A stretch of 64,000 nucleotides of DNA from Glaucostegus cemiculus (GCA_976551045.1 CDPCPM010000011.1:7068001-7132000); one strand, 5' to 3'; positions 23,231 through 36,600 are shown, numbered from the stretch's first letter. Notes: a model not told the origin generated them from the sequence alone. Program-made: numbers and translations.

Positions 23231-25771
23231 TAATTGAAAGCTGACTGATGGTAGTAATTGACTAGAGAACAGCAATGACTTCATTCCGCATGGAACTTAA
23301 CTCAAGCAGATATCCATGTAAGGGTACTGTAAAGGATAATGGGAAAAAAAGTCTTAAGTGGATTTTAACATGCTCTTGATGTTCTGTAGCATTATAAACT
23401 GAGGTAATGAAACATTACTTTCAACCAGCATTATTTTAGGTTTTATTTCTTACTCCTTTTCTGGTCTCGAGACACCCTGCTTGATGCACATTTTACAGAG
23501 TAAGCTGTGCCTTGCTTTTAACCAATTCATTCTGTGAGGGACAGCACAAGGCCGCTGTGAGTTTTGGCCATGGTACTAGTGATTTGGTTACCTATGGAAA
23601 GACGGTTTGTATTGGAAGATAAGAAAAGTTTGAAAAAAGAGGCAGTTTCTGGGATCCTCTTTTCAAAGAACAGTGATTCCAGACACCTTGTACATAATTG
23701 TCAAAAATACTGTCTCGATCCCATCTAATTTTGTGTTATGTTTCACTGTTAGAGTGCCTAATCTGTTGTTGTCCTGTTACTGGTTTGACCTACCAACAGT
23801 GGCTTTTTGTGTATTGGGCATACAGCATGGGTGAGCTGTAATTCAATTGTTTTCTTCCACTGAACCCTTACTCCTTTGATAACCCACACAGCTTGTAGCT
23901 TCAATGCCAGTGCTATTTGTTTACTGCAGATTTTGTCCCTTTTGGCAGTCTTATATCATCACTCTGACTTCAGGTCACAAAATAACCAAACCATGGTGTA
24001 AAAGACAGTCCTCTCGTCACCTTTCTGTTTTTGGTTGACATTCTTACACATTCACTCTCTGTTTGTGTGCGGCCAACCCATTGCTTCCAGCTTTGTCTTC
24101 ATCTTTTCATTATGCAAGTTTATTTAGAAAGACCAGGTGTGCCTTTATTTTCATCCTTTTTTGTCTTTTTCAGAGGAATGACAAGTTTGTGCAACATTTT
24201 GCCTGCATGTTTCAGTGCTTGCTTTTTAAATACCTAAAACAGCCATCACTCTGCCTGCACCTTTTCTACAGAATTGCATAAATTTAAGTGTGTGAGCTGT
24301 GCATGTTGGTTCACAATTTTAACATAGAAAGTAGGCAAATGTGAAATATTTTGCAGAGATCAATGAACTATATTTTGGGTTCTTCATTTTCATTCCCCAT
24401 TCTTAAAAAAATCTTCTGGAGGTTTTCAATATTCTGATAAACCCTGTTGGGTGTCGAGGGGTATAAGGGTGAGGAATAAACTTCAGATTTTTTAGGAGTG
24501 AATTGAGGGGAAAAATATCACAAAACCCTTTTCAGAATTTTTTTCTAAATTGATTACTTTTATTGTCCATTTTCCAGTTTGATAGGGTTGAGACCAGTGT
24601 GAAAAGACTACAGACCATGCTGGATGTGCGGGATCAAATCCAACAAATTATGATTTCTTTGACGTTTATAAATCTCCTTCTCTGAGTGCTAATGTTGCAT
24701 GTTGTATACATTTTCTCTTTTGACATTCTTACTCATCTGTGGGTTAACAAAATAACCAAACCAAGATATGAAAGAGCAGTTAGTCCCTTTTACTCTGAGC
24801 TGCTTGCAGCCATTTTCATATTATATCTCTGTTTATGGATGGAATTGCCAACTCCCTCGCATATGAGAGACATGCTCTTCAAGAAAAGTGTCATGATGAT
24901 GGCTTTGTGATGCATGGTTCTATCCTCAGCAGAGTTTTCAAACACACTTAGTCATAGAAGAATGTGATTGTGTTTTTTCTGTTCATGTATATAAATTTTC
25001 TCTGAATTTTAGAATTTTATTCCTTTGGTGATATTTAAAGATTTATGTCTCAAGTTTTTGTAAAGATAATTTGCTGATGCAATCTATTTTATACATGCAA
25101 AATATTATAACTTGACTGCCAATATTTATAACTGTCTCAAAGGCATAAAAGATGTTTATGCAATTCCAGAACCACTGTAAATAGAAAACTTTGCATACAG
25201 TATCATTTAATGATGTGGTTATTTTAACAGAGAAAAACAAAGACATAATTAATTCTTCCTGGTTTATAATACCCATATATTGCAAATGACATAATTGCTA
25301 TCAATTTTACAATGTTCATTTTGCACAACTTGAAAATATCCAATTTTATTGCTTTCATCAGTTACCCAAATTTATTATGTTTATGATACACTGTTAAAGG
25401 GGAGTCTCCAAAAAAAGAACGAATGTTATAAATTGAGGTTATTGTGATGTGAACATGCCGAGAAAAATAATTTTAATAATAATTGCTGCCATTAATGAAG
25501 TGGCCTACAGATATGTTTACATCTTACTTTGAGAATTCAAGACAACTTTTGTCAAAGGCTTGTTACGTGCTTTTATGTAGAGTTGGAAATCGGTTAACAA
25601 ATGATAACAATCACAAGCTTAACCTCTTTTTTCACAGCCATTACATGATGGTAATAATTGATTGCAGCCAGTTTCCCTGAGTTGGGAATTGTATTACTGT
25701 TCTTGAAACAGTGAATCTTCTGTTGAATATGTGTAATCGTTGTAAATGAGAAATGTTTTCTTTTATTGTAG

Positions 25772-25839
25772 GGATGCTGGTGGTTATTGTATTATTGCTG
25801 ATTGCCATTGTTGTGGTTGCTGTCTGGCCAAAAGGGTAA
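25772..25839 (+). CDS. STX8: Syntaxin-8 terminal coding exon (C-terminal transmembrane anchor)
   Basis: Polypyrimidine tract and acceptor ttttcttttattgtag|GG ATG..., encoding (G)MLVVIVLLLIAIVVVAVWPKG*; compare human STX8 C-terminus GMIMVILLLLVAIVVVAVWPTN; convergent with NTN1 as in human. Confidence 0.9.
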
Positions 25840-26312
25840 TCAAGCAACAATGGCACAAACATTGCTCATCAGTGAACATGGACTGGATGTTAAAACTGGA
25901 CAACATGTTCTTCTTGAGATCACCGGAGCAAGATTGAAATAAGTATCCCTGATCAAGCAATAGAGAATGTTTCGATGTATTTGATATGCTTCTCTTACTA
26001 TTACTTAATACGTAAGATAGACTGAATTAATGAAGGCCAAAACAAAACTCAATTATTTCATTACTTGCAGTAAGATTTCCAATTCAAATTAAGATCCTGC
26101 CTTAAATTCAGAAATGATAGTTGTAAATCTTGAGTGGCATAATATCCAAGGGCTGTAAATAATGCCTTTGAGTTATCTTTCTGACTACATAACTTCAATC
26201 TATATATTTATTTTTCTCTTCATAAAAGATTAGGGATATCCATAATTTTAGTACTTTATAGCTTGTTTCCTTTGCCAAAGCGAAACCATTAAAAAAGTAT
26301 GTTAAATGTTTA

Positions 26313-26318
26313 AATAAA
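26313..26318 (+). terminator. Candidate STX8 polyadenylation signal AATAAA
   Basis: AATAAA about 470 nt after the stop, with an ATTAAA at 26288-26293; not verified by transcript data. Confidence 0.45.
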
Positions 26319-29300
26319 ATACATTACATGTCTAATATGTTTCCAGATGAGAATTATAAACACATTTAATGCCGTGTTACATTGTTGTCTCATTCTTTTT
26401 TATTCTGATTGTAATTATATTACCTAAATGAGATGGACACGATCATTTAAAATGCTCCAGCAATCCTGTTAAATAAGGCAGCTTTTACTCATTCACACTA
26501 TTACTGTATTTTCCCAGGAAAAATGCTTTTATTGGTGCCTGCAGGGTCAGCGAAGGGGCTCCTAGTAGGGCACAGGGAGTGTGTGCTATCTCACTGCCTG
26601 TAAACAGTGTTGCTGTTCACACAGAATTGAAACTTGGAACAAATTACTCTCAGTGTGGAAATTCCAATCTAACAAAATAGTAATTAGAAACCATTTCCTT
26701 ATAATTTTATGCAGTTATGTACATCACACATTATGTATGCAATTTTTATAATCATTTAGTAAAAGTATTCAAAATATGGTGTATGAATAAATATTTTCCA
26801 ACTCTTTTAGCCTGTGTCTTATGTGCAGTTGCTGACTTTCTTTTCATTGTGGGCAAATTCAAAATTTGCAAAACACCAGCTTTAATACTTATTTTCTTAT
26901 TTTCTTTGTGTTATAAAAGAGAGTTTTTACTGTGTTGACGTTAATGGAACCACTTTTTTATCTATCCATGCTTTTTGAGATCTTTTGCTCTTCTGCATGT
27001 ATCACTTCTGATATATAAAAAAAAGACAAATTCTGCAAAACTCCCTATCGTTAGGATAAACTCAGGCAGGTTTCAAAATGCTTCAGTGATAAAGTAAGCT
27101 ACAAGTTTCAGTCTTGCCAAGGGAATTTAAGGTGATCACAGAAATGTGGCCCATCTGTTTACCTATTTAACTGCCTTCAAGGGAAAAATAACAGAAGAGC
27201 AACTATCCTCTGTGGGCTGATTCAGTCTGCTGACAGCATATCCACCATAGATCTGGGGAGATTGGGGGGAGGGGTGGAGGTGAGTGGAAACTACCTTGCA
27301 AAATGCAATGAGTTAGTCCATCATTTTGAGAGCGCATAAGCAGCTTCATTAATTCAGTTCAATTATACAGCTTTGATTCAGTCACCACAAATCCACATGA
27401 TTGATTTTAATTTGCATGGTGGCTTTTCTATTATGTTACTGATGCATATTTAAGTAAGGCATTGCACAAAATTTGCAGTATTAGTTCAATCTAATAAGGA
27501 AACTAAATAATTATATTTTCCTTTCTTCTGCTATGCCATCTTAACCATCATTACCAGGGTCATTGTTTGATCATACTTCATTCTGAAACATAATGGGAAT
27601 TTCTCTCAATGGTGAATAGTTCAATGGTTACACGGGTGCTTTTAAAATATGTAAGAGCTATTGTCTACTGGTATGAAATCTGAAGCATGCATCTGTTAAA
27701 TTATTTGTGATCTCTGCGACATTCAACTGAAAATATTGTGTATGCAATTAAAAAACCATTTTCCTGTCCATTATTGTAATGAGACTTCCTGAAAATGAGG
27801 TAAGATCTCTACCTGTTTGTTATTTTAAATACTTAGAAACTTGTATTTTTAAAACCATGATTCATTTTGTTTTATGAGGCAAAATGATACCATCATCTTC
27901 CAATTCCTGAAAATTAATTATTATTGTTACTATATCATATATGTGAAGTCATCAGAGAGTAGCTAATGACTAGTGACTAGTTTTGTTTCCCTATTTTTCT
28001 GGCTGAACTCCCAAAACAACATTTTGGATGTATTAGAACAAATTGCATTATTCAGTTTACTGTTTTATTAAGTGGTGGAGTCTTTGAAAATTTAATGGCA
28101 CTCTCTAAAACTTTTCAACACTATGTAAATGAAATATTTTAGAAGATAAATACTTCTGGTTGATTAGATCTGTTGTAGTCAATAAGTTAGATGACAAAGT
28201 GCTGCATCTGCTCCTTTGCATAGTACCTATTCTATAGGCTTGATAATTCCACAAAATCCTTACAGCATTTCACTCTGTTATTGCCATGAAGTGTGTGATT
28301 CCCACGCATACTTATAAGTCCCAAACTTATTGGCTATTTATTGTTGGCAATTCCTCAACTGCACACCAACATTGAACTCTTTGTTAACCTGTGGACTTGG
28401 CACAGGATCAACAAGTCCATTCATTTAAATTTAGAAGATCAGCTGTGAGGAACCTAGGTAAATATAAAGTAATTTAGACTTTCTGAATTAATTTACTTTG
28501 CTAAATGTTTGTTATTGCCTAAAATGTATTAATGTGTCTTAATTGTTTTAATTTTTAATCATTTTAATGTGTCTTAATTCTTCTATTGATTTTAACAGCT
28601 TTTTGATATTCATAAGCAGTCAAAATCCTTGATAGGTTTGATAGGTGGCTAAGTCTGTAGGCACATCTTAAACTGTTGTGGAAATCTTTTTCTGTTGTTC
28701 TATGGACAGGACTTGCTCTGGTCTGGTCACCTGATGTGCAGAAAATGAGTGATGAACGTGGGTGCTCATTGTTTGCAGCAAGTCCTGGCCCAACGTTTTT
28801 GAAAAGGCTTCCATTGATAGCTGGGAATGTGTTTCAAATATATTTCATACTTTTACCTTTATAAAAATGATTATGAGAACGTGACAATATAAACTAACAA
28901 AAATTCTTGCATATCTTGCCACAATGTAGTAAAATGAATTATCAAAACTAATTAATTCAGTCTGCTTACCTAAAGCAGACCAAAGGGGCTGAGTCACATT
29001 ATGCACAGAAAGTTATAATGTGGCTATTTGTAATTGAAGTTGTTCACTGATAACCTGAGAAGATTTTCATAATTGCACCTTTTTTTCTTTCCTGAGAATG
29101 AAATCTTATGTTTGGATTTTATGGATAATGGTGACTAGGGTATAGAATTGGGTGGGTGTTGGGGGTGGGGGAGAGGCTGCGTGGGTGGGTGCAAGATTGT
29201 TGGGGTTGAACTTTGTAAGGTTTCTGTCCACAAGCAGCCTGTTGACGGGCTGCAGGCCTCTCCACCAAATCTCCTGAGAGCAGGTAGTTATTTTGGGATA

Positions 29301-29899
29301 GTGAAAGTGACAGTGAATAATAGCAGCTGAAGTTGGTCAATGGTGTAGGGGAGTCCCAATTGCAGGGAGGTGCTGGAAGGGTGTTTGGAGGAGCAGCTGT
29401 GGGTGTCCAGTAGATAGCATAGTATTCCTTGGTGGTGATGGAGGGCTAGTGATGGTTGAAGATTAGATTCAGGGCAAACAGGTTGTTAATGTGATGAGGT
29501 CACTGTTGGATTTACCAGCTTGCTTTCCAGTCCTGGATTAAATACTCCTGTTTGCCCAAAGCACCGCCATCAAGGCACTTACCTACTGGATTCAGCTTTT
29601 GCTTGTTTTCAGCTGCCATGTTTTCTAATGTCTAGTAAATTTGACTGCTTGTGATTGAATAATAGCTTTTAAAATGAGAGCAGGCAGCCTCAGTATAATA
29701 TTGAAATGGCCAGTTACCATCAGCAGATTGGTGATCATCATTGAATGGCCTCCACTGAAACCAGAAGTGGGTGGGATGGAGATAGATTTCTGTTCTAATG
29801 GTTTGCAGTTTAGCTTCAGCCACTTCATTAAAATAACAAACTGGTGGAGGGGAGATCTGTAGAATGTAAATGTTTTTCTACTGCTCAGTGGATGGGATA

Positions 29900-30250
29900 G
29901 TGGCTGGCAGAGTGATGCAGCAGGTAGTGCTGCTGCCTCACCTGTGGTTCCAGAGATCCAGTCTTGACCTGTGTGGAGTTTGTACCTTCTCCATGTGATC
30001 GTGGGGGTTTCCGCGGGGTGCTCTGTTTGCCTTCCATGTTTCAAAGGTTCACTTGTAGTTTAATTAGCTACGGTAAGTACCCGTCAATGTAGTTTAGCAG
30101 CAAATAAAAATCAAAGGAAAATGCTAGGCATGTTAAAGTGAATAAATTGAAAGGGCACAGGAAAATGAGGGGGGATGGGACTGATGGGATTGCTCCGTTG
30201 TGAGCCAACATGGATCCGATGGGCCAAATAGCCTTCTTCCGTGTCGTAAT
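29900..30250 (+). mobile_element. V-SINE (HE1-like), degenerate
   Basis: tRNA-like head, V-domain gtgggggtttccgcggggtgctctgtttgccttcc, CR1-type tail gatgggccaaatagccttcttcc. Confidence 0.8.
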
Positions 30251-31224
30251 AAGTAATGCCAAGATAACTGAAAATATGAAAATACATAGGTACATATATA
30301 TTCAGTAAAGTCAAAAAAACTGTCAGGTTTGTTGAAGTCTATAATGCTAATTTAGGATTCAGCTGACTTTTTATGGGCAGTTCAAACTACTTCAGGATGT
30401 GTTCATTTTTCCTAATTTTCTTCAATATTTCTTTACCTTTCATTTCAGGCCACTTGACAGTCCATCATACTAGCAACTCTTTAGAATCTCAAGTGTCTGC
30501 TCATTTTGTGATCTCCAGATTTCATCAGTTATCTACCTGGGTTGTGGAGGATTCTGGACCACTGTTTCCCCAGTTTGTGTGGTTTGCTAATCCAACAACT
30601 TTATTGAAATATGGAATTTTACCTTATTCCCAGTCACCTATTAATCTGCATGTTGTCTATTGTTTTGCTGGGGGCAAATGCCACTACTGTATAGGTGGAT
30701 TTAAACATAATAACTCATAGTCAGATGCCCAATTCATTTTCATATTTCTGAGCAGTAGCCATTCTAAGCAAAGCAAAAATCTTCCAGCTATTTATTTCTA
30801 GCAGCATTACAGAGTAATTAAAATTTATATTACAGTACGATCCTCTTAAGATTTCTCCTACACAGTGCTTCATATAAATTTCATGACAGGCAAAACATCT
30901 GAAAATTCTGGCTATTATTATCTATATTATAGTACTTCGGCACAAGCTGTGTTATAGGACAATGACTTTCTTTTGGTTCAGACAATATTCATGAATTACT
31001 CAAGCTTCACTTTTGTGTCCAATGTCATTTGAACCTTTTCACATATCACTGCTTCTTGAGCACACTCTAGAGCATCAGTTGACCAATGAACTTAGTGAAG
31101 AGAGAATTTTAGTCTTTCTAAAGATGTGGATTGTACAGCCTGTTCTGTTATTTGCAGGAATCCTTTTTTCCCCCACTTTTGTATATGAAAAATTCATAAC
31201 AAGAATAATTCACGGCAAATACTA

Positions 31225-33163
31225 TATGGTATTGTTTACAAGACTTTATTCAACTGAATTCTGGATTTAATTCTATCAAGTGTGGGTGCTCAGCAGTTAT
31301 AGTACATGTTCACATCTGGTTCAATTACAGCCATCTAACAACCAAAAAATCCACAATTTTTATGTGTAATTAAATATATTCATATATAATAATGATAATA
31401 TATTAGTATGCATTGTAGGAAAACATTGCAAACTATGCAATGACCATAACTAAACAACATTTACAGTTCAACTTATTAACAGGTAAAAGTATAGCCCGAC
31501 AGGTCTGTGTAGAAGGGGAATAGGAAAGTCTAAGTTAGCTGGAGTATGGCTGAACTGATATAAACGTCTTTTTCCAGAACTACATTACATCAATATAAAC
31601 ACACTTCCGATTATGTCAGTCTTATAGTCCTCATTTGCTAACTGTCACTGAGGTACCTTGAAGATGTTTACCCTGTTACAAAACTCATTCATTTCTTTAG
31701 TACCTCTTATTTTTAGGCTAAGACATCAACTTTATACAGTCTTAAAGTGGTAATATGTACTGGTTTAAGGTTAGTTTTTTTTTCTACTTTTTTATTTTTT
31801 AGTCTGCTGTTATGATTGATTAGAGAATGAGCTGCAAATACTTGTAAACAGGGTCACAGCAAAGGCAAGGGTCATTGGTGCGACCTGAGTTGGTTGCTTG
31901 TTGGAGATAGTGATCACAAGGTTGAAATGTCACCTTGCCCCATTGGAACTGAAATTGGTCACTGGAACAAGCAGTAAATTATTGCCTGTAATCATCCACA
32001 CAGTTACAAAGAGATCTAGGTGTGAAGTTTACTGTTCAGGTGATGGATCTGAACCACCAGGCCTGTCGGGTGGAGGGAGAGGAATTAAGTACATCCTCTA
32101 CTTGTTCTTTTTATCAAAAAAATGTTATATTTCCAGTCGAGAGTACGTTCAAATCTATCCAAGGCTTTTAATGAAGTACTAACTATACAAATAGAAACTT
32201 TAATGAATTTGAATATACGTTAAGATTTTGAAGTGAAATACAAGAAATAATTGGTGAAATCATTATTCTGTTCTTGTGCAGTGATTCTGTGATCCTGTAA
32301 AAGAATTCATTTGAAAAGAAAATATAGCTTTATTTCAGTAATCTTATACTGAAAGGGTATTTTTTTCTCTCTATTTAAATTTATATTTTAGCATTAGTTT
32401 GATTTCAGGATGTTTTGATGCCAGTCTTTGTTTGACCGGTTTCAGTTTATCAAAATTCATCCATAAAATAGATGTAGAACAAACTTGAAGAATTCAGAGG
32501 GATGTGGTGCTTTAATCTTTAATCAAGAATTGCTAGCCTAGAATGAGGGAAAAACCAACAAACTTAACGAGTGTGAGGTAAATGTTGGGATGAAGTGAAA
32601 AGACACAAAGTATAGCTATGGCATTTTAAAAGTTTTTAAAGTTATCTGTTTCTGAAAATATTTAATAAGGAATACAATGTCCACAATGATTGCCAAAAAC
32701 TTCTTGGCAGACCAGCTCAGAAAGTAACACTGAATGTTGTGTCAAATGTAAACAGGGCGAGGGAAGAAAATAGAAACTGCAACATTTTAGGTTAACTGCA
32801 CAGCTAGAAGTTAACAGCTTACTGTTGGGATCAAACCAGTCTTGGCATGACTCCCAGCTATCATCAGTTTGTATTGGTGTGCCCCTTTAACAAAAACCAT
32901 ACTGCGTTATGCAGAGAAGAGCAACTGTGAAAGGATTTTGGTTATGAAACAAATGTCCTTCATTTCAGAACATTTGCAGCTGTTATGCAAAGAGTAGTCC
33001 ATCGTTTTTTTTTTGTATTCTTGTTTATTTTTTGAATTTGAAATCAGCATTAGGTGCAAAATTGGCAATTCCAAAATCCCAACTGCTAGATAAGTTCCTT
33101 CACAAGTTCCTAATTTTTATCCTAACATCATTCTTGCTTACAGTCAAGCAGCACAGTCTCTCT
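31225..33163 (-). other. NTN1: Probable NTN1 3' UTR (about 1.9 kb)
   Basis: AU-rich sequence with no recognisable TE downstream of the stop, ending at a candidate AATAAA; the 3' end is inferred. Confidence 0.45.
31245..31250 (-). terminator. Candidate NTN1 polyadenylation signal AATAAA
   Basis: tttatt on + at the end of the UTR-like block; alternative hexamers at 32329-32334 and 33024-33029. Confidence 0.4.
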
Positions 33164-33492
33164 TTATGCCTTCTTGCACTTGCCTTTCTTCTCTCGCTGT
33201 TGGAACTTCCGCAGCCTCCTTGCCCACGTGTCCCTCCATTGTATCACCAAACTGGTTTTGTTTGCAACAACCCCATTCTGGTCAGGAGAGTCTTCATCAT
33301 TCCCTAACAGTAGGTACTTCTTCCCCGTTTTTATTTTTGGGCATTTGCAGGCGACATCTTTCGAGCGGACCCACAGGAATTGGTCTCCACGCCGTATCCG
33401 TTTCACCCCTTGTTTGTATACTGAGATGATATTCACTGTAAACTTCCACCATTCACCAGCTTTCTCTGCCTTCAAGATATGGGCTTGAACAG
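33164..33492 (-). CDS. NTN1: Netrin-1 last coding exon (NTR/C345C domain, 329 nt including stop)
   Basis: Acceptor ttctttcttcactgttgcag|CT; (A)[54 protein letters not shown]...[25 protein letters not shown]; phase 1 joins in frame to the 75-nt exon. Confidence 0.97.
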
Positions 33493-33537
33493 CTGCAACA
33501 GTGAAGAAAGAAACAGAAGATGATTTAAAATGTTCAG

Positions 33538-33630
33538 CTGAAAGGTTTTCAACCCAAAACCTTCACCATATTTCTCTTGCCTTAGATGCTGCCTGACTTG
33601 TTGAATATTTCCAGCATCTGTATTTTGCTT
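33538..33630 (+). mobile_element. Short Penelope-derived repeat next to the NTN1 acceptor
   Basis: ctgaaaggttttcaacccaaaac...agatgctgcctgacttgttgaatatttccagcatctg. Confidence 0.7.
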
Positions 33631-36600
33631 TTGAAGAAGAATATTTAAGCCAACACAGGCATTAAACATTGCACCAAGCAAATTCTTCAAATGCAACTAT
33701 AACCCTGAGCCCTTTCACCCTGGTTGTTTGGAATATCATAGTTATTATCATAGCAACAGTTTCCATAGTATCTGAGACAGAGAAGATGTAACAAGACCAA
33801 GGGTATGAAATAAGCTTGACAAGAGAAACTGATTAATGTTTGACAGAGGAAACAATCAGAACCTTAGAAACCAGTTTTCTTCCCAAGCTCATGTACGAGA
33901 CATTTATTCCTACATGGTAATGAATCATCAGAGTAAAATGCTGAAACACAAAATGAAGGGTGAGAAAACTGATCATACTTCAAAAAATCTGTGGTGCTTC
34001 TGTACCAGAGGTTAAGAACTGTAAAACTGGAAGCTAATTGGAAAGATTAGAACAAGTGGTTGTTTATATCTAAGGAAATTTACTGTGTGCTGTTAGTTGT
34101 CAAACAGTAGTTTATAATGTGCTTAAATTCCTTTCGCAGCACACGTGAAAACCATAAAGCAGATTTCAATGGCAGTTTGTCAGTGTTCTTGGTCTCTGCC
34201 TGCCCTACCCAGCTGCCTTTGTATCACACATTCTTACATTCCTGCTTTTCTTTGCTTCTAAACAATACTACTTAAAAATATTCCATGCACATTGAGTAAG
34301 TCAAGTAAACCTTAATATTAAATAAGAACTTTATAAACTACCATGTAGCGTTCATCGCTTCTATACAGTATTTTTAGCTGAGTTTCATGATTAGATAAAG
34401 ACTGTGTAAGTGATTCTGTGCTTCGTGCACATCCTGCTAAATCACATTCATTCTGATGACTAGTTAGCACCAATTTAATGATTATTTCTACCTTGTGGCT
34501 GGAGTACTTTTTATATTTAAATACTTTGAATAATGTCTTATGAAACAATCTAATCATTTGGAGATTTTCTGTAGTTTATATAAAAAAACTTCTAAATGTT
34601 TCTGTTTAATTTCTGTGTACTATAATGGTTTTCCTACTACATTGGTTGAGTTCTTTTTTTTAGTTTAGTCAATGGAAACATCTTCATTTGAGAGCTGTTT
34701 GGTGGGTTAAAGCAAGGAAGTAATTGAATTAATATCAATGATATTAAAAGTACCCCCAAACCACTTAAGAATTCCTCCAAAAACCAACAGTTAATTCACA
34801 CAATTTATTCCTGTAAAACAGTTTATGAAATAGCACAAGAAAAAAATTCAAATTAATGTTTCATTATACTCATAATCGGCTGGTTAGATATGTTGAATAC
34901 TTCTGAATAGCTGCATTGTAAAACTGCACAGCTCTTTGCTTTAATGCCAGCTGAATACTATAACCTTAAGTAAAACAGAAAGTCTGCTCTGATATCATTA
35001 AAAAAGGGTGGCATTAAAAATTAAGCACGCTGATTTATCAGCCTGTTCAAAAAAAAATTAGTGTGTCTTCCCTAGTGAGACTGAGGGAATTTGTGATTTA
35101 ATTGTAGAATGTTTTTGCAACTGCACCAAACCATCAGTAAGTGGATACTTCTTGACCAAATGGTGCAGAATTTATGTTGTTTTCCCATCTTTTTTCTTCA
35201 TGTTCACAATGAATTTGATAGGAAATTTGATCTGTTATTGAGTGCTACAAACAACATATCCTACCATTGAATTTTTAAAAATTGGTATCAGAAAATCCCA
35301 ATCACTGCGAGAAGGCAAGACTGCTCAGAAAGTTAATGCTGAGAGAAAGGTTATTCCAAGTACTTTTGTTAATCAATGCTTGAATCATCATCTGGTGCTG
35401 TAAAAGTCCAGCACACCCCAGTGTACATGCCATCCATTTTGAAGAGTAATTATGATGTGTGGCATCATGAAAACAGAACTGCTTCTGACTGATTCAATTG
35501 TGCCTCAGTGTTGGGGAAAGCAGCGAGAAAGCAGTTCCTCAAACAATTGACCTTTTTCTACTGAGTAGAAAAGGAAATCTGTCTAATGCAGGAGGCTACT
35601 GAGGAGCAGAGAAAGCTGGGAAAGTGGATTTGGCAGTACTAAGTAGAAGTAACGTAGTTTGAAACAACAGACACAATATAACACTCTGTAAAACAGTTTG
35701 GAAATTTCATATATTTGTTGGTATCCAACATCAGTACAAGAATGGTTAACAGGAAAATTCTGTTATGTTTTTTATGGAAAGGAAAATGATTCCACTTAAC
35801 AGTTGAGTTATGAAAACAAGGCTGGGTTGTTTGACCCAAGTTTTTGTTTGGCACATTTGAGACAAAAATTCTATAAAACATAATGATGAATCAACCCATG
35901 AGTTGAAGCATGGCTTGTATGTTTAGGTACTGATAGTTCATCCCCTTCACCACATCCTCAATCTGATACTGGCAAAGTGGAATGAACCATTTGATGATCT
36001 CAGGGCTATAAATTTCATGTCTGTATTGTGCATTTGCTGTAAAGACAACTCATATCTTACTCTGTATGCGTGGTAAATCAACTAAGAATGAATTATCAAC
36101 AAAGGTATTCTTGTTAGATTCCCAGTAGAAAATATAACAGAAGTTAATATTTGAGTTATTAGTCAAAAGCAATTTGATATATTACAGGTTCACACATTGC
36201 CAGCAGCTTTATATGTAGAGTTAGAAGTTATGGATAACATTAAACATGCTGTATTATTAATCAAGTATACAGTTGTGACATTTCTCTGATTACAGGCATC
36301 CATCCAGGGTCCAGTGGACCACCACAAGAATACAAATTTGAAGTTTTAAGAAATGTGTTAGCTAAGGAAATTCTTTTTCAAACCTTTAACTATATTAAAA
36401 TTACTCTTGTGACCACTCAGAAAGTTGCATTCTGTTCCTGATCTATGAAAGATTTTCCATAGATCCCTGCTTATTTTTCATATCTTCAAATTACTATTAG
36501 TGTACTGGTCCTTTGATAAGTTACTACAGATACTTTGGGATTTGGGTTATCTGTACATCAATGCTGAACTGATTACATATTAGAATTATGGTGTACTTAC

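Noticed and set aside
1-25771. Upstream STX8 SNARE-domain exon
   Set aside because: None recognised by eye; the last intron probably begins before the window, although a missed short exon cannot be excluded without TBLASTN
25746-25937. Cys-rich 63-aa ORF (metallothionein-like look)
   Set aside because: Alternative frame of the STX8 TM exon; GTT/ATT codons read as Cys when shifted
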